A DNA stretch of 63,960 nucleotides, counting the filler, from Dimorphilus gyrociliatus (taxonomy: Eukaryota > Animalia > Annelida): NCBI GenBank assembly GCA_904063045.1. It is 5 parts of 5 records of this genome, joined end to end, with 100 filler letters (N's around TTAATTAATTAA, not from the genome) between each part and the next. Parts side by side here need not be neighbours in the genome. Positions count along the whole stretch, not along the records: positions 40,270 to 51,279 come from CAJFCJ010000122.1; positions 51,380 to 61,122 come from CAJFCJ010000076.1; positions 61,223 to 63,960 come from CAJFCJ010000267.1; 2 more parts are not named here. One strand, 5' to 3'. The position numbers were made by a program, and so were the translations under genes. Of this stretch, positions 49,343 through 61,325 are shown piece by piece (position 1 is the first letter of the stretch; each line of letters opens with the position of its first letter). The notes beneath the pieces were generated by a model, which saw only the letters and a list, made by a program, of their open reading frames with translations, made no database searches and was not told the origin of the DNA.

Positions 49343-50884
49343 ATGTCTATTAAAAGTTTAAGTGAAATAGCTTTGTTAAATGCATACAATTCAATTGATA
49401 TTCAAGCTAAAATCTGTAAAAAGAATTCTATGTCAATACCTTCGGTTATAGCAAATATTCTATTTGAGTATTGTAAAGAAAACACCAATAAAATGGAGGC
49501 AAATCAACTTGAATTATTCACTTCGAAATATTCAACATTAACGACATTTTCGTTAAAAGAAGATGATGAGAACAAATTTGTTGATTATAATTTCCTACAG
49601 AATCAACCAATTAGAATATTAAGATTAGATAATGTTTTGAAATATAATGAAATATTGAACAATATCAATTTTAAGGATACTGAAGAATTGAAAATTATAT
49701 TTAAAGATACACCGTCAATTTTTATTGGAATTATTGATGTAAAAATATTTTTATTGATGGAGAATTTAAAAGAACTCCATTTAGAAAAATGTATGATTTT
49801 TGCTTCTAATAGAATAGAATTTTTAATAATGCTCCTTCCTCAAAAGAAATTAACAAGTCTTTTTCTATCATCTATTCCTTGTGTTGTGGCTGATATTTCT
49901 ATTAATAATTTGAGAGATTTAACTAAAAATCACGAATTACATATATTGGGAAATGAGGAATATAATGCAAATTTATTTTATGTTCATCTTCTTCTACCTG
50001 CTTTAAAAAGCAATAAAAATCTTCAAAAATTGATTATTCATTGTGAAGAACCCTTGAAATTCTATCCCTCATCATTTATGGCTACTTTTGAAACTTTTGA
50101 ATTCTCTTTAAGAAAACTTGATGTAGAATTTACTGAAAAAGAATCAATTTTAAAATTTGGAAATTTTCTTATCCAACAAAAATCTTTAGAGAATTTGCAT
50201 TTAAATTTCTGTTGGGAAAATATGGGGGAATTTAATAATTTTTTTCATAAAATCTCTTCTATAACCTATTTAAAAAAGTTAACATTTAAATGTAAAACAA
50301 TAAATGAACCTATGATTGATTTTATTGCATCTCAGAAGAGTTTAATCAAATTAGGATTATTGCATAATTATACTCAACAAACAGCTTTTACATTTCCATG
50401 GGAAAATTTTTTCATTTCTAAAAAATGTCCTAAATTGAAAAAGTTAAAATTATGTTGTTTATCACTGGGACGTCAATCTGGCAAAATGAAAATAAAAGAT
50501 TTTCTAACCAATCAAACAGAATTAATTCAATTGAAGGTCAATGATGATGTCCATTCTTTTCCAAACATTATGGATTTCTTTTCAAATGAAGATGACCCGT
50601 TGTATTCATTACTGGAATATATGTTGAATCCAGCAAGGCAAGAAGAAGAAGAAGAGGACGATGATGAGGGAGAAGAAGAGGATGAAGAAGAGGAAGAAAA
50701 AAAAAGAAAGGAAGACAAAGGCCATTTTCTCAGTGAACTAGGACAAAAGGAAGACAACAAGGATGAAGAGGAGGATGAAGAAGAGAAAGATAAGGAGGAA
50801 GAAGAAAAGGAAGATGAACAAGAAGAACAAGAAAAAGAACAACAAGAGCAAGAACAACAAGAACAACAAGAAGACCAAAAATAA
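49343..50884 (+). CDS. Intronless RNI-like LRR protein with ZER1/ZYG11-like N-terminus and acidic low-complexity tail, 513 aa
   Basis: SLSEIAL..IPSVIANILF start; LxxLxL repeats (LKELHLEKC, LQKLII, LRKLDV, LENLHLNFC, LKKLKL); E/D/K/Q-rich C-terminus. Confidence 0.7.
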   Translation: MSIKSLSEIALLNAYNSIDIQAKICKKNSMSIPSVIANILFEYCKENTNKMEANQLELFTSKYSTLTTFSLKEDDENKFVDYNFLQNQPIRILRLDNVLKYNEILNNINFKDTEELKIIFKDTPSIFIGIIDVKIFLLMENLKELHLEKCMIFASNRIEFLIMLLPQKKLTSLFLSSIPCVVADISINNLRDLTKNHELHILGNEEYNANLFYVHLLLPALKSNKNLQKLIIHCEEPLKFYPSSFMATFETFEFSLRKLDVEFTEKESILKFGNFLIQQKSLENLHLNFCWENMGEFNNFFHKISSITYLKKLTFKCKTINEPMIDFIASQKSLIKLGLLHNYTQQTAFTFPWENFFISKKCPKLKKLKLCCLSLGRQSGKMKIKDFLTNQTELIQLKVNDDVHSFPNIMDFFSNEDDPLYSLLEYMLNPARQEEEEEDDDEGEEEDEEEEEKKRKEDKGHFLSELGQKEDNKDEEEDEEEKDKEEEEKEDEQEEQEKEQQEQEQQEQQEDQK

Positions 50885-50926
50885 CAAGAACGAGATGTAT
50901 TAATATCACTATAATCACCTCTAAAC

Positions 50927-51135
50927 GGACGTTGTTGAAAACGCCCACAGTTTTGTGGTTTTACCCTAACCCTAATCCAGCCCTGGACCCTTTTTTAAGC
51001 GCTTCATTGTTCCTAACCCTTAGTTTGGACCCACCTAATTACAAATCAATTGTCAGAATATTTCTCCTAACCCTTTCCCAACCAAAATCTCACCCCAAAA
51101 TAACTGCAAAATGGGCGTTTTCAACAGCCCCCCCC
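50927..51135. mobile_element. 209-bp MITE family M2 with perfect 9-bp TSD
   Basis: TIRs ggacgttgttgaaaacgccca / tgggcgttttcaacagcccc. TSD cctctaaac at 50918-50926 and 51136-51144. Confidence 0.88.
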
Positions 51136-51279
51136 CCTCTAAACAGTGCTTACAATAAATATTTCTTATTGTTCTATTAGTGCCAGCTTATATTAAGGAT
51201 TTACAATGTACAGACGTTAGCAATATTATCTTAATATAGAATTACCCATCTTAGATTCCTTAAATTGTTAATCTTTACT

Positions 51280-51379
51280 NNNNNNNNNNNNNNNNNNNNN
51301 NNNNNNNNNNNNNNNNNNNNNNNTTAATTAATTAANNNNNNNNNNNNNNNNNNNNNNNNNNNNNNNNNNNNNNNNNNNN
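51280..51379. other. Artificial contig linker
   Basis: N44-TTAATTAATTAA-N44. Confidence 0.98.
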
Positions 51380-53660
51380 TCATTATTTGTTCTGATAGGA
51401 GATTCATATGCTGACCAAGATGATGGTGTCCACAGACTATCTTCAATCCAAGTAGCCTCAATATAAGTAACAAGATCCTCCAATTTCTGGATTGCTTTCA
51501 AATGTTGCTTTATTTTATGAAATTCATTTGGAATAACATCAGCAGGTAAGAATGGTAATGCCAATAGCTTTTTCAATTCAGTCCATTGTCCAGTATGGCT
51601 TTTATATTCAGCAGAATAACCCAATTCCTACAAAATCCAAAAGAAAATTAGTTTTTTAAGAAAATATTAAATACAAAAAAATTATGCACTTGAATCTTTC
51701 TGAAAACTGCCTGAGTCCAGTGAAAGAGACAGCCTTTTACTTCAGCATCTGGATAATGCTTTTGTAAATTCTTCCAAACTGCTCTTTCAAAATCTACCAG
51801 TATTTTCTTTGGTAATTTGTCAGGAATCAATTTTTTTACAGCATGAAGAAATATTTGTAGACTTTTTTCAAAATAGTATTTAAAGTATACCTTAAATAAA
51901 AGAGAATAACAGACTTTCTTTTTTGATGATGTCATTGCAAAAAGAAGAGGAACTTGTTTAAGCACACCATCTTTTTTCAGAAATGAGTGAATGGAAAACA
52001 GCTGTTTGAAGGGAGGATTTACAACTTTGAAAGTTCCATCTAAAAACCACATCTTTGCAGAAGATAGCAGTTGCATTTGGTGATGAGTTCCAAAAATTAT
52101 TATTCTTTCATCTTTTTTCTGAATATCCTCTCTGAAAAATCCATTTGGAATAAATGTAAAATTTAGCAGAAAAGCTATTGATTCTGGTTCCTTTGGTCTA
52201 TTTTTCCTCCCTTGAGAGTTAACAATTGCTTTTGATGTAGATATATTTGGAAAATTAGACACATTTTCATTTTGCAGATATGAGTCTTCTACTATTCTTT
52301 TGCTGCTTACATTTAAATCCTTATTTGCTCTTTCTCTTTTATTGATTTTCATTTCTATGATTTTTTCCAAATTTGGTGTTGGATGATGAATGTGTTGTTT
52401 GGAGCCTATTTGGCAATTACCCTTATATTCATTTATACTTCCAGAACACTTTTTGTTTTTATTTCTCACACTGCATCTCCATATTCTGAAGTGCTCTCCA
52501 TGTCCTTTTATTGTATATGAAAAGCCATTGTGAATCATTAATGGTTTTCCTTTTTGGCTTCCATTCTTGAAAATTTTAAATGCTCCATCATCATTTAAAT
52601 TTGCTTCATCCATTATGTCTTCAAAAGAGCTTTCAATATGATTTTGGGCATTAAATCCATTATTAACATCTTCTTGTACTTTATCAGTTGTCATACATTC
52701 CTCTTCATGATCAACTTCCATGATATTTTCATTCTCCAGAACAGAATTTAGGATTTAACAATGACTTGTTTGTATTTCTTCTTCCAATTGAAATGCAGTA
52801 ACAACATCTTCTGTCATACTTTCTTCTCCCATTATTTTATCAGAAGGGCAAGCTTGGTTGTCCACCTCCATTGCAGTGTTTTTTTCAACTTCTTGTTGTT
52901 GAAAGAGAATGGAGATGTCATCATGTTTGTTCAAAACAACTTTTAATTGATGTTTGTTGATTGTTGTGCACATTGAGCAAAAACCATCTAAAACACAACT
53001 TTTAAAAGTTTTTTTAAACTAATGAAGTCTTACCTCTTAAACATTTCAAGTGAAATATTTTCTTGCGTAGACTGCATATGCATTCATATTTTTTATATAT
53101 TTTTGTTTGGCAAGAATAGCAAGAAGGAGCCATTTTGAAAGTGGTCTCATATAAAGTAGAACTTTCTTTGGAAATGCAATCAAAAATTTTCTGAAAAAAA
53201 AATAATAACAAGAACAAAATCAGTTCTTTTTAAACATAAAGTAAATAACCCTCTAATATGGCCATTATACATGTTTAAATTATCAAATTTTAGATTGTTA
53301 CCTACTGGTTTCAAACAGAAATAGTTTCAGTGAAATATGCATTTTACAAAAGAAAACTGGTATATTATTTTAGTTGTGACATTATCACTCACAAACATTT
53401 AATTATGTGAAGGTTTTTACTAGTTAAAAATAATATAATTAAATACTAAAAATATCTACGTTATTAAATAAAACAATAAGTAGCATCTAAGTCTTTTTTT
53501 TTAACAATTATTTTTATTAGTATCTATATAAAACTAGGTTTTTGGCCGTTTTCAATCAGAGTTCTGGCCGTTTTCAATCATAGCTCTGGCCGTTTTCAAC
53601 TGAGCTCTGGCCATTTTCAACTCTGGTCGTTTTCAATCCTGGCCGTTTTCTACCCGTCCC
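51380..53660 (-). mobile_element. Mutator/MULE transposon (PHD-like + FLYWCH + MULE DDE transposase, intron-containing), 3' part cut by the linker
   Basis: ATG at 53133, CxxC..CxC..FHLKC, intron, DGFCSMC; one in-frame TAA at 52755; G.PLMIHNGFSY..WRCS..C..H.H (FLYWCH); FLDGTFK..LFSIH, VDFE, GCLFHWTQA, RTNN. Terminus 53543-53660 has six tggccgttttc repeats and ends ctacccgtccc. Confidence 0.9.
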
Positions 53661-53677
53661 ATATGGAATTACAGGGT

Positions 53678-54022
53678 TTGGCAACTGTAAAGTGATGATT
53701 GGATATCAGAGGCAAACCTCAAAGTATATAAATCCTCACTATTTTCATTCTAAGCATTCTTATCTGGACCCAAGGACCTGGGAAGACAACCTGGAAACAA
53801 CCTGTGAAGGTTGAGCCATCCATCTACTCCTTAACATTGGAAGACAGTTTGGTAATTTGGCAACCTTCTATTATGAACTATCTACTCTGCTCATATTGCT
53901 ACTTGTTTAAGTATTATTATTTGAATAAACCATTTTAATTTAAACATTTATTTAAAGGTTTGAGTAGAACCAGTACTGTTGTAACTTGCAAATGCATAAT
54001 TTGGCCAAGCAAGAGCAGTACA
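53678..54022 (+). repeat. Family B (LTR-like) copy
   Basis: Aligns along its length with ~36952-37307; ends gcagtaca. Confidence 0.8.
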
Positions 54023-55083
54023 GCACTTACATCTTAAGTTTATTATTTTTAGCGCCAATCAATTCTATTAAACAGAAAGGAATCGCACCAGTTTATCCTA
54101 ACCTCATTAGTTATTAGTGTATAAAACAACAAGCAATCACCAATTGCAAAGTAAAACCATTTTCAACATTATCTAGTCTCAAAGAGTAAGAAAACAGCAT
54201 TTATGGTGTTTGCTGTTGGTAATATTTATAAGTTAGCCAGCTGTTAGGGAAGAAAGTTGAAAAAAAGAAGGAGTTAATTATTGTTCATTTGAGCATTAAA
54301 CATTTAAATTGAGGAGACCTTACATTCAAAATTATTCAATAAATACATCAATAACTATTTTAGTTCATATAGGCTGAATGGTATACTTTACTAGATTAGT
54401 AAATATCTATAGATTTTTAATTATAACACAATTTTTGAAATTACTTTCAAATGAATGCTCTTACCCTAACACTAACCCAACCATTGCCTGTCCCTAACCC
54501 TTAGATGATGAGAATTTGGTGGAATACTCTAAATGACAAGCCATGTGAGGATAAATTTTCACAAAGTATTTGCTTAGGACAATGAATTTATTCTTTTCTC
54601 AATATTAATAAATTGATATATAGTGTCCATAGAATAAAATTAATTGAAAGTATCGGCCTATGATGTTACTATTATCAACGGTCAACGTCCTTCAGATAGC
54701 AATGGTTATTTATGAGTCCTTTCATATTCATACCACAATATTCTAATGGAATAAATAGTATTATTTTTATCGAATATAAGGAAATTTGATCAATTTGCCC
54801 TACGCCAATTAATAAAAGACTTCATTGATAAAGAAGAGTGGATTTTGTCTGTCCAATAATTATATCAGTATTGATATTGATTGAAAAAATTACCATAAGC
54901 AGCTATTAATCAGCAATTTTTATATTTTTTTTTGCATTCTCACTCCAAAAGTTGCAAACTATGCTGTTAATTGTGGTTTTGTTCAGTAATTTCCCTTTAT
55001 TACTTTTGGAGAATCCTTTTAATGGTTTGTTTTGATTTTTCTTGTTTTTTTTGTCATAATCACAAATCCATTTGTTTTAACAG

Positions 55084-55686
55084 CTGTACAGTATTTTAGT
55101 TTCAATGATGGATTAGACAATTTAGTGCAAGGAGTGAAAGGAAATGCATATCATATGAGTGGTTCTCAAAGGCTACTTCTAGTCGAAAATAATAGGACAA
55201 CTTGTATCTACAATCCATCATTGTGTTCGAATGGTTATAGTATTAGCGTTTGGCTAAATGTAATAAAATCTAATATTGAGCAGTACTACATTTCGAATGG
55301 AGGTCATACATCTTCTTCATATGGAATTGCAGTTGTAGGTAAACCCCATCTGAATGAATTATGGTGTTATTTAAGGAGTAAAACTCAACAATATGGACTC
55401 CGGATTACAAATTTTGATATACATTATACTTGGTTTCATTTAGCTGTAGTATGGCCAATGGGAAATGATATTATTGCTTATATCGATGGTGTTGAAATTC
55501 CTCCTTCTGATAAAGTGTATGATATGAAAACCTACTCAACCGTATCAACTTCATACAACAACTATTACATTGGTGGGATGAATACAAATTTATTACCACA
55601 ATATTTAGGGAAAGGCGACATTGATGAACTTATGATATGGGATAGTCAGCTAACAAAAGAAACTGTTAAAGAAATCTTCTTAGAAG
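55084..55686 (+). CDS. Isolated LamG/concanavalin-A-like (pentraxin-like) domain exon
   Basis: CIYNPSLCSNGYSISVW..YISNGG..GIAV..WFHLAVVW..YIDG..IGG..IDELMIWD..L, bounded by cag acceptor and gt donor. Rest of the gene not resolved. Confidence 0.7.
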
Positions 55687-57318
55687 GTGAGAACAACATA
55701 GAGATTTTCATTACTTTCACCTAAAATAGGCTATTCAATTGATTGAAAGATGTTTTCAATTCTATGTAATGAATGATGTTAAAAGGCTATAGTTCCATCA
55801 ATTTCTAAATGGCGGCCTATTTTATACGAAGTAACATAAAATTGCACATTCACATTACCTACACAGAATCACCTTAACAATTCATGTACTTGTCTAATCT
55901 AATAGATTTATTGATTAACTGTTTACACAATACTTTGTTACACATTTCACTTGATAATTCATTATTTACTAGTTCATTGATTTAAGGGATGAGTAGCCGA
56001 GTGCTATAGGACTCTTCTTCATTTCTCTTAAAAACACTTATTAATAACAGTTGACAACCAAAAAGCCTATAATCTCTGACAATTATTTTTTAAATCAGTA
56101 AACATTCAAAAAAGACACTAAGCCACTCATATTTTTAATTTTATTACAATAATTACAGCTTTGGTGAAATCAAAATCTATGTATTGTGATGTTACCAGTT
56201 CACTTGACAATTACATGAACATAACTGGTATTTACTCAGAGAGAAATTCAAACCAGGGCAAGCGGATTGATCCATTGTTATTTAATTTCAGAATACACTA
56301 CAGCTTGTCAAAAATGTGTTAGGAATTGATCAGCCGAAGATAATAATAGCCAATCAGCAATGACTAATAAAATTTTGAACACATTCCAGATAGCAAAGGT
56401 AATTAAATGTTTTTTTCGGCGACAGAGAATACAGAAGATCCGACCTGAGGGTTAACAAGCACAAAATGAAAAGAATCTGATTAGGGATAGGGTAAAATAC
56501 CAAAAGATAGGATTTAGATTTGGATACGACAGAAAGCAATCCATAGTGCTCTAAAAATAAGGCTAGGACTAGAGTTATAGTTAAGATTGGGGTTGATTTG
56601 AGTCTGGTGACAATGCTAATTCATTATAAACACTGAGCACAATTACTCTGGACAGTAATTTTTTATTTATGTTGTAGTTTTGTGACTAAAATATTTTCAC
56701 CCTGTTTTATAAAAGAGACAACCTTTAATGATGGATATAGTTCTCTGAGGACATTTTTTCCAATGGTCCTGACTCTCTCTCTTTCAAATTGCAGATATTC
56801 TATTTAGAGCTTTTAGGTGCACAGGAACTTGCAATATTTCACTAGGATAAACTATAATGTGGCTCTTAAGCATTTTGTATTTTGTAGTTAAGCAAGGTGA
56901 ACAATATATTTCCATAAGGAAGAATTACTTGTTCAAGCAAAGTTGAAAGGGCGCTCTGCACACCAATAGGTAATATCAAAAAATGTACAGTGAAATTGAG
57001 AAAAAAGGTAAATATTAGAAAAACCTTTCATCTTAGCATTATAGACTAGACTGACTATAGATAAAACGGTAGTATGGATCTAATATTTCCTTAAAACGAA
57101 TAACAAAGGTATAGCATTTCAATTGCCATAGTAACAGAAGGATTCTTTCAGGAAGCTTTAATTACCCCTATATTATAATCCTTTTTGTGTTTATTAGGAC
57201 TTTGTTGTTTATTTTTTCTATTTTATTAGTTTAATTCATGTAGGGCTGAACCTAAGGTTAGAAGGGTAAAACGACGGAAAAGATCCACAAATGACAGCTT
57301 TTACCCTAACCTTAACCC

Positions 57319-58238
57319 GGTATCAACAGAAGTCGCCCAGGGCAGAAATCGCCCAGGACAAAGACAGAACTCGCCCTGTGCAGTTATTAAAATTGTATAA
57401 ATAGATGAAGTTGAATAGAGACTATTTTTTCTTGTTCATTTCAAACAGAGAGTAATTTCTGAATAAAGTTCAGAACATTTTTGCAAAACTTCTGATGAAG
57501 TCATCTGAAATGATATGTATGAGTTTCTAGTTCTAAATAAGCAAGTTTAAACAACCAGCTGATGGTTACAGAACTGAACTGAACTGTCAAACTGGAGAAA
57601 TGTATTTCCTTTTATACATTTACCAAAGCTTGGGTTACCTTGGTCAAAGGATTGCAAACTTGAAATGTAACAGTCTCACAATGCATATATAACAAAAACA
57701 TGAAAAATATTGCATCACTTAAGGCTAAGATGTGGCACTGCAAAAACAAGCCTGCCTCTTCTGCATCTGTTTTTGAATAAGATGTAACAAGTTTGACATG
57801 CATTTTTTCTATATTGTTTGTTCCTTTGTTAATTCCATAATGACACCATCTTTTATGGTCAAAGAATATATTTCCCACAAAATAAAGGTCTTTTTAAAGT
57901 TATAGAATCTAATTCTACTAAATAGAAATCTTTCTGAAGCTCGATAATTATAATTCCTACAACCTAAAAGTCATTCTATAGTTGCACCATTATAATTGCT
58001 ATGAAATAAAAGCCTTTCTAAAGTTCTGTAATATCTGAAGTCTATTACATTATTATTTCCAAGTGCACATCATTTCTTGTTTTATCCCTGAAAAACTTAA
58101 ATAAATCAACAAAAGACTTAAAATATTTAAAACAACAAGAAAAATGATATTTTCCCACTTACTGGGGCGACTTCTGCCTATTTCTGGGCGACTTCTGTTC
58201 TGGGCGACTTCTGTCCTGGGCGACTTCTATCGTATTCC
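57319..58238. mobile_element. Non-autonomous MULE-like element (~920 bp) nested in another MITE
   Basis: Inverted subterminal repeats agaagtcgcccag (57328-57375) / ctgggcgacttct (58165-58230); near-TSD ccttaaccc / ccctaaccc. Flanks rejoin to resemble 45230-45310. Confidence 0.6.
57518..58070 (-). repeat. Family A internal segment carried inside the MULE-like element
   Basis: Aligns with ~38054-38590; lacks the AGTACA end. Confidence 0.75.
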
Positions 58239-58741
58239 CCTAACCCAGCTCTTGGCTATACCAGGCTTTGCCATTAACCTTAACCCTTAAAGGAGACCCT
58301 CCTAAGGGCAAATCAGTTCTTCTTCCTAAACATTTTTCAATCCAACAACTAACCTTTTAATTTCTCATTTGTAGACGTGTCTGTTGATTTTCCAAAAAAT
58401 TGGCCATTTTATCCCATACGCAATAAAATTCAAATCAAATATAGAATTCCAGGAAAAGCATCTGCAATTTTTGAACTTTTTATGACAAATCCATTAGAAG
58501 CAATAATGCGTTGTTTACTAGTTTTTATGTGTTGTCATGGAAACATAATGTCATATTAGAGTTTTTGAGAAGATTTGCTGTTTTTTATCTTCTTGATCTT
58601 TCTTTCTGATGTTAGTTTGTCTTTGTGAAAAAAGATGACTTGACAAAATTTAATACTTGTAGATATTGTCATTGTGTGTTTATCTGTCTGTCTGTCAGTC
58701 TCTTTCTCTATCTATCTATCTATCTTTCTCTCAAATCAATT

Positions 58742-59762
58742 ATGAACGATGAAAGTTTTTTCAACTTGACTATTAATCATCCTGTTTCGAATCCATTGAG
58801 ATCATTTGTGATTGGAATTCCAGTGACTTTAACATTTATTTCAACATTTTTCGCTTTGATATTTCTACGAAAGATAAGTCAAATACCAAAGATAACAAAA
58901 ATTCTATTGTTAAATATTTCAATAAGTGATTTTATATTCAACTTTATTTCCTTTCCAACATCATTGATTTCATCAATAATTGGAGAATTTCCATATGGAT
59001 TTGTCTATTGTCAAATTGTTGGTGTGATATTTATTGCAAATGCTCTTATATCGATATGGTCTATAGCAATAGTATCAGTTGATCGCTACATTGCTGTAGG
59101 ATATCCTGACAAGTGAGTAGATATAAACAAATGGTTAAAGAAAGAAAATAACAACTAGCGTGCTGTATTTTAGATATAGAAGAGTTGTAACTGCAAAAAG
59201 AATAAAGATGGCAATTGGTTGTTCTTGGTTATTTCTATATAGTTTCAGTTCTTTACCATTCCTGAGAGTTTTTAAATTTGAATATTATACTTTTCAAAAA
59301 AAGGAATTAATTTGCGCTTTAGCGATAACATTAAATGTTCATACAGTTTTTGATACTTTTGTTGGACCATTGTCAGCATCAGCAATAATATTATTATCAA
59401 CATTTAAAATTGTTTCATTTTTAAAAAGACAAAATTCAATTTTAAATACAAATTCAAAGCAATTAAGAAATTCAAAAAGAAATCTAAGAGTGTTTAAAGT
59501 ATTAATATTAACATTTTCAGCTTTCTATATATTATGGATTCCATTTATTATTTCTGTTATTGGAAGAATGTTTAGTGAATATTTTCAAAATAATTCTTCT
59601 CTTCTCAGTTTTTTCACTTTTTGGCTGGCGTCATTAAATGGTTTTTTTAATACTTTAATATATGTTTATATTTTTCCTAGTTTTAGGGTCAAATTTCTAA
59701 AAATGATCAATACTTTTACTTGTAAACTGGTCTTTAATAATCGTACAAACAATTTACATTGA
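58742..59762 (+). CDS. Rhodopsin-like (class A) GPCR, ~319 aa, 2 exons
   Basis: Exons 58742-59112 and 59174-59762 splice in frame. NISISDF, CQ, SVDRYIAVGYP, FYILWIP, FWLASLNGFFNTLIY. Confidence 0.88.
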
Positions 59763-59902
59763 AATATTGCATTGTCAAAAGAATGATAATTAAAATTCAA
59801 TGATATCGAATATTTACCTTAGTGTACAACTTTTGTTATACTTTATGCTTTAAACTATGTTAATATATATATTTCATATCAGTTAGTCATCCTAAATATT
59901 TA

Positions 59903-60040
59903 TCAAAGTGATGATTGATGATTGAATATTGGAAATCAACCTCCTCATAGTTTGTAAATCCTCACTTTTTTATTCCAATCATCTGAGAAGTTAACCTGAA
60001 AACAACCTCAGCTGGAACTAGCCTGCTACTCCTCAACATT
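59903..60040 (+). repeat. Family B degenerate fragment
   Basis: aaagtgatgattg..taaatcctcact..acctgaaaacaacctc..ctactcctcaacatt. Confidence 0.55.
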
Positions 60041-60840
60041 GAATCAACTTGACCTCTCTTCTCTGGCAGATCTTCAATTGATTCTTCTTGTACATATTTT
60101 TCAATTGCATTAATAGCTTTATTACTGTTTCATTCAGTACATTTAACTTCTCCATCTTTAAATATTTCAAAAGTTGACAAATTATCAGAATAATTGTCAG
60201 ACTCTGTAAAATCATATTATAAAAGCACAAAAACGTAGCTGTTTTTTATATTTCTGACTGACTGTCATTGGTATAATAATTGATAATAGAACTAGTTGTA
60301 ATTTTTGTTACAAATAAAATTTTAACCTCATTTCTTATAGTAAATTTCTTCTCCATCTTCCCTTTTATGGCCAAGAGGTTTTTAATATTGTCTGACCTGA
60401 AATCAACCGACAAGAATTGGAAATATGTTCCAAAATTGAATATTAGATTTTTTCTTTCTCTCATCTAACCTTCCTTAAATTTTTACACATTGAAAATATG
60501 TTGTATAAATGTCCACAAAATAGATATTTTAGACAGGTAAAGGAAATGTTAGTGTTATATTATGATGCAGGTCTTTTATAAGGTAATTACAAATATATTA
60601 TCAGTCAGTTCTGTCTGTTGAACAATTTTGAACAATAATCTTTTGTCCCTATTTATATTAAAGCAAGAATACCACCTCTATGTAAACTAGATTTATTGAA
60701 AAATGACTAAATTACACAATAGAATGGCTGGAGTTCATTGGCAGATAACAAAATTCACAAATAAGAACAGAAAACCAATCTTAAATTACATCTTAAAACA
60801 TTCAACATTTATGGAAATGTTTCTTTTATAAAAGTTTTTT

Positions 60841-61039
60841 GGGGGCTGTTGAAAACGCCCATTTTACATTTATTTTGGGGTGAGATTCAGGGTTGGGAAA
60901 GGGTTAGGCAAAATATTCCAACAATTGATTTGTAATTAGGTGTTAGGATTAGGAACAATGAAGCTCTTAAAAAAGGGTCCAGGGCTGGGTTAAGGTTAGG
61001 GTGAAATCATAAAACTGTGGGCGTTTTCAACAACATCCG
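60841..61039. mobile_element. MITE family M2, full-length copy
   Basis: TIRs gggggctgttgaaaacgccca / tgggcgttttcaacaacatcc; degenerate TSD aagtttttt / aaatttttc. Confidence 0.8.
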
Positions 61040-61122
61040 AAATTTTTCACTATATTCCCGAATGAAAATATGTCCCTCTTTTCTACTTCTTCTGTTAACA
61101 TGACAAATCTTTTTGGCTTTAT

Positions 61123-61222
61123 NNNNNNNNNNNNNNNNNNNNNNNNNNNNNNNNNNNNNNNNNNNNTTAATTAATTAANNNNNNNNNNNNNNNNNNNNNN
61201 NNNNNNNNNNNNNNNNNNNNNN
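61123..61222. other. Artificial contig linker
   Basis: N44-TTAATTAATTAA-N44. Confidence 0.98.
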
Positions 61223-61325
61223 TTTATAGAAATTTATGAAAATCACCCAACATTCAGAATATCTTTGGGTTAGGATTCTATAACTTCTGAACTGGTAGAG
61301 ATAAAAAGATATCTGAAAATATCAT

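Noticed and set aside
47649-50948. Short antisense ORFs over real genes (e.g. 47649-48377, 50527-50948; likewise 13724, 14187, 15160, 24988)
   Set aside because: Shadow frames of coding or low-complexity sequence with no motifs.
39809-51624. ORFs 39809-40225 and 51328-51624 as complete genes
   Set aside because: They read into N linkers, so their ends are artefacts.
57484-57526. Minimal hammerhead ribozyme (ctgatga..gaaa)
   Set aside because: Stem II is only 2 bp, stem III relies on wobble pairs, and the first stem I pair is mismatched; likely chance.
60033-60468. Possible minus-strand exons
   Set aside because: Internal stop and no recognisable domain.
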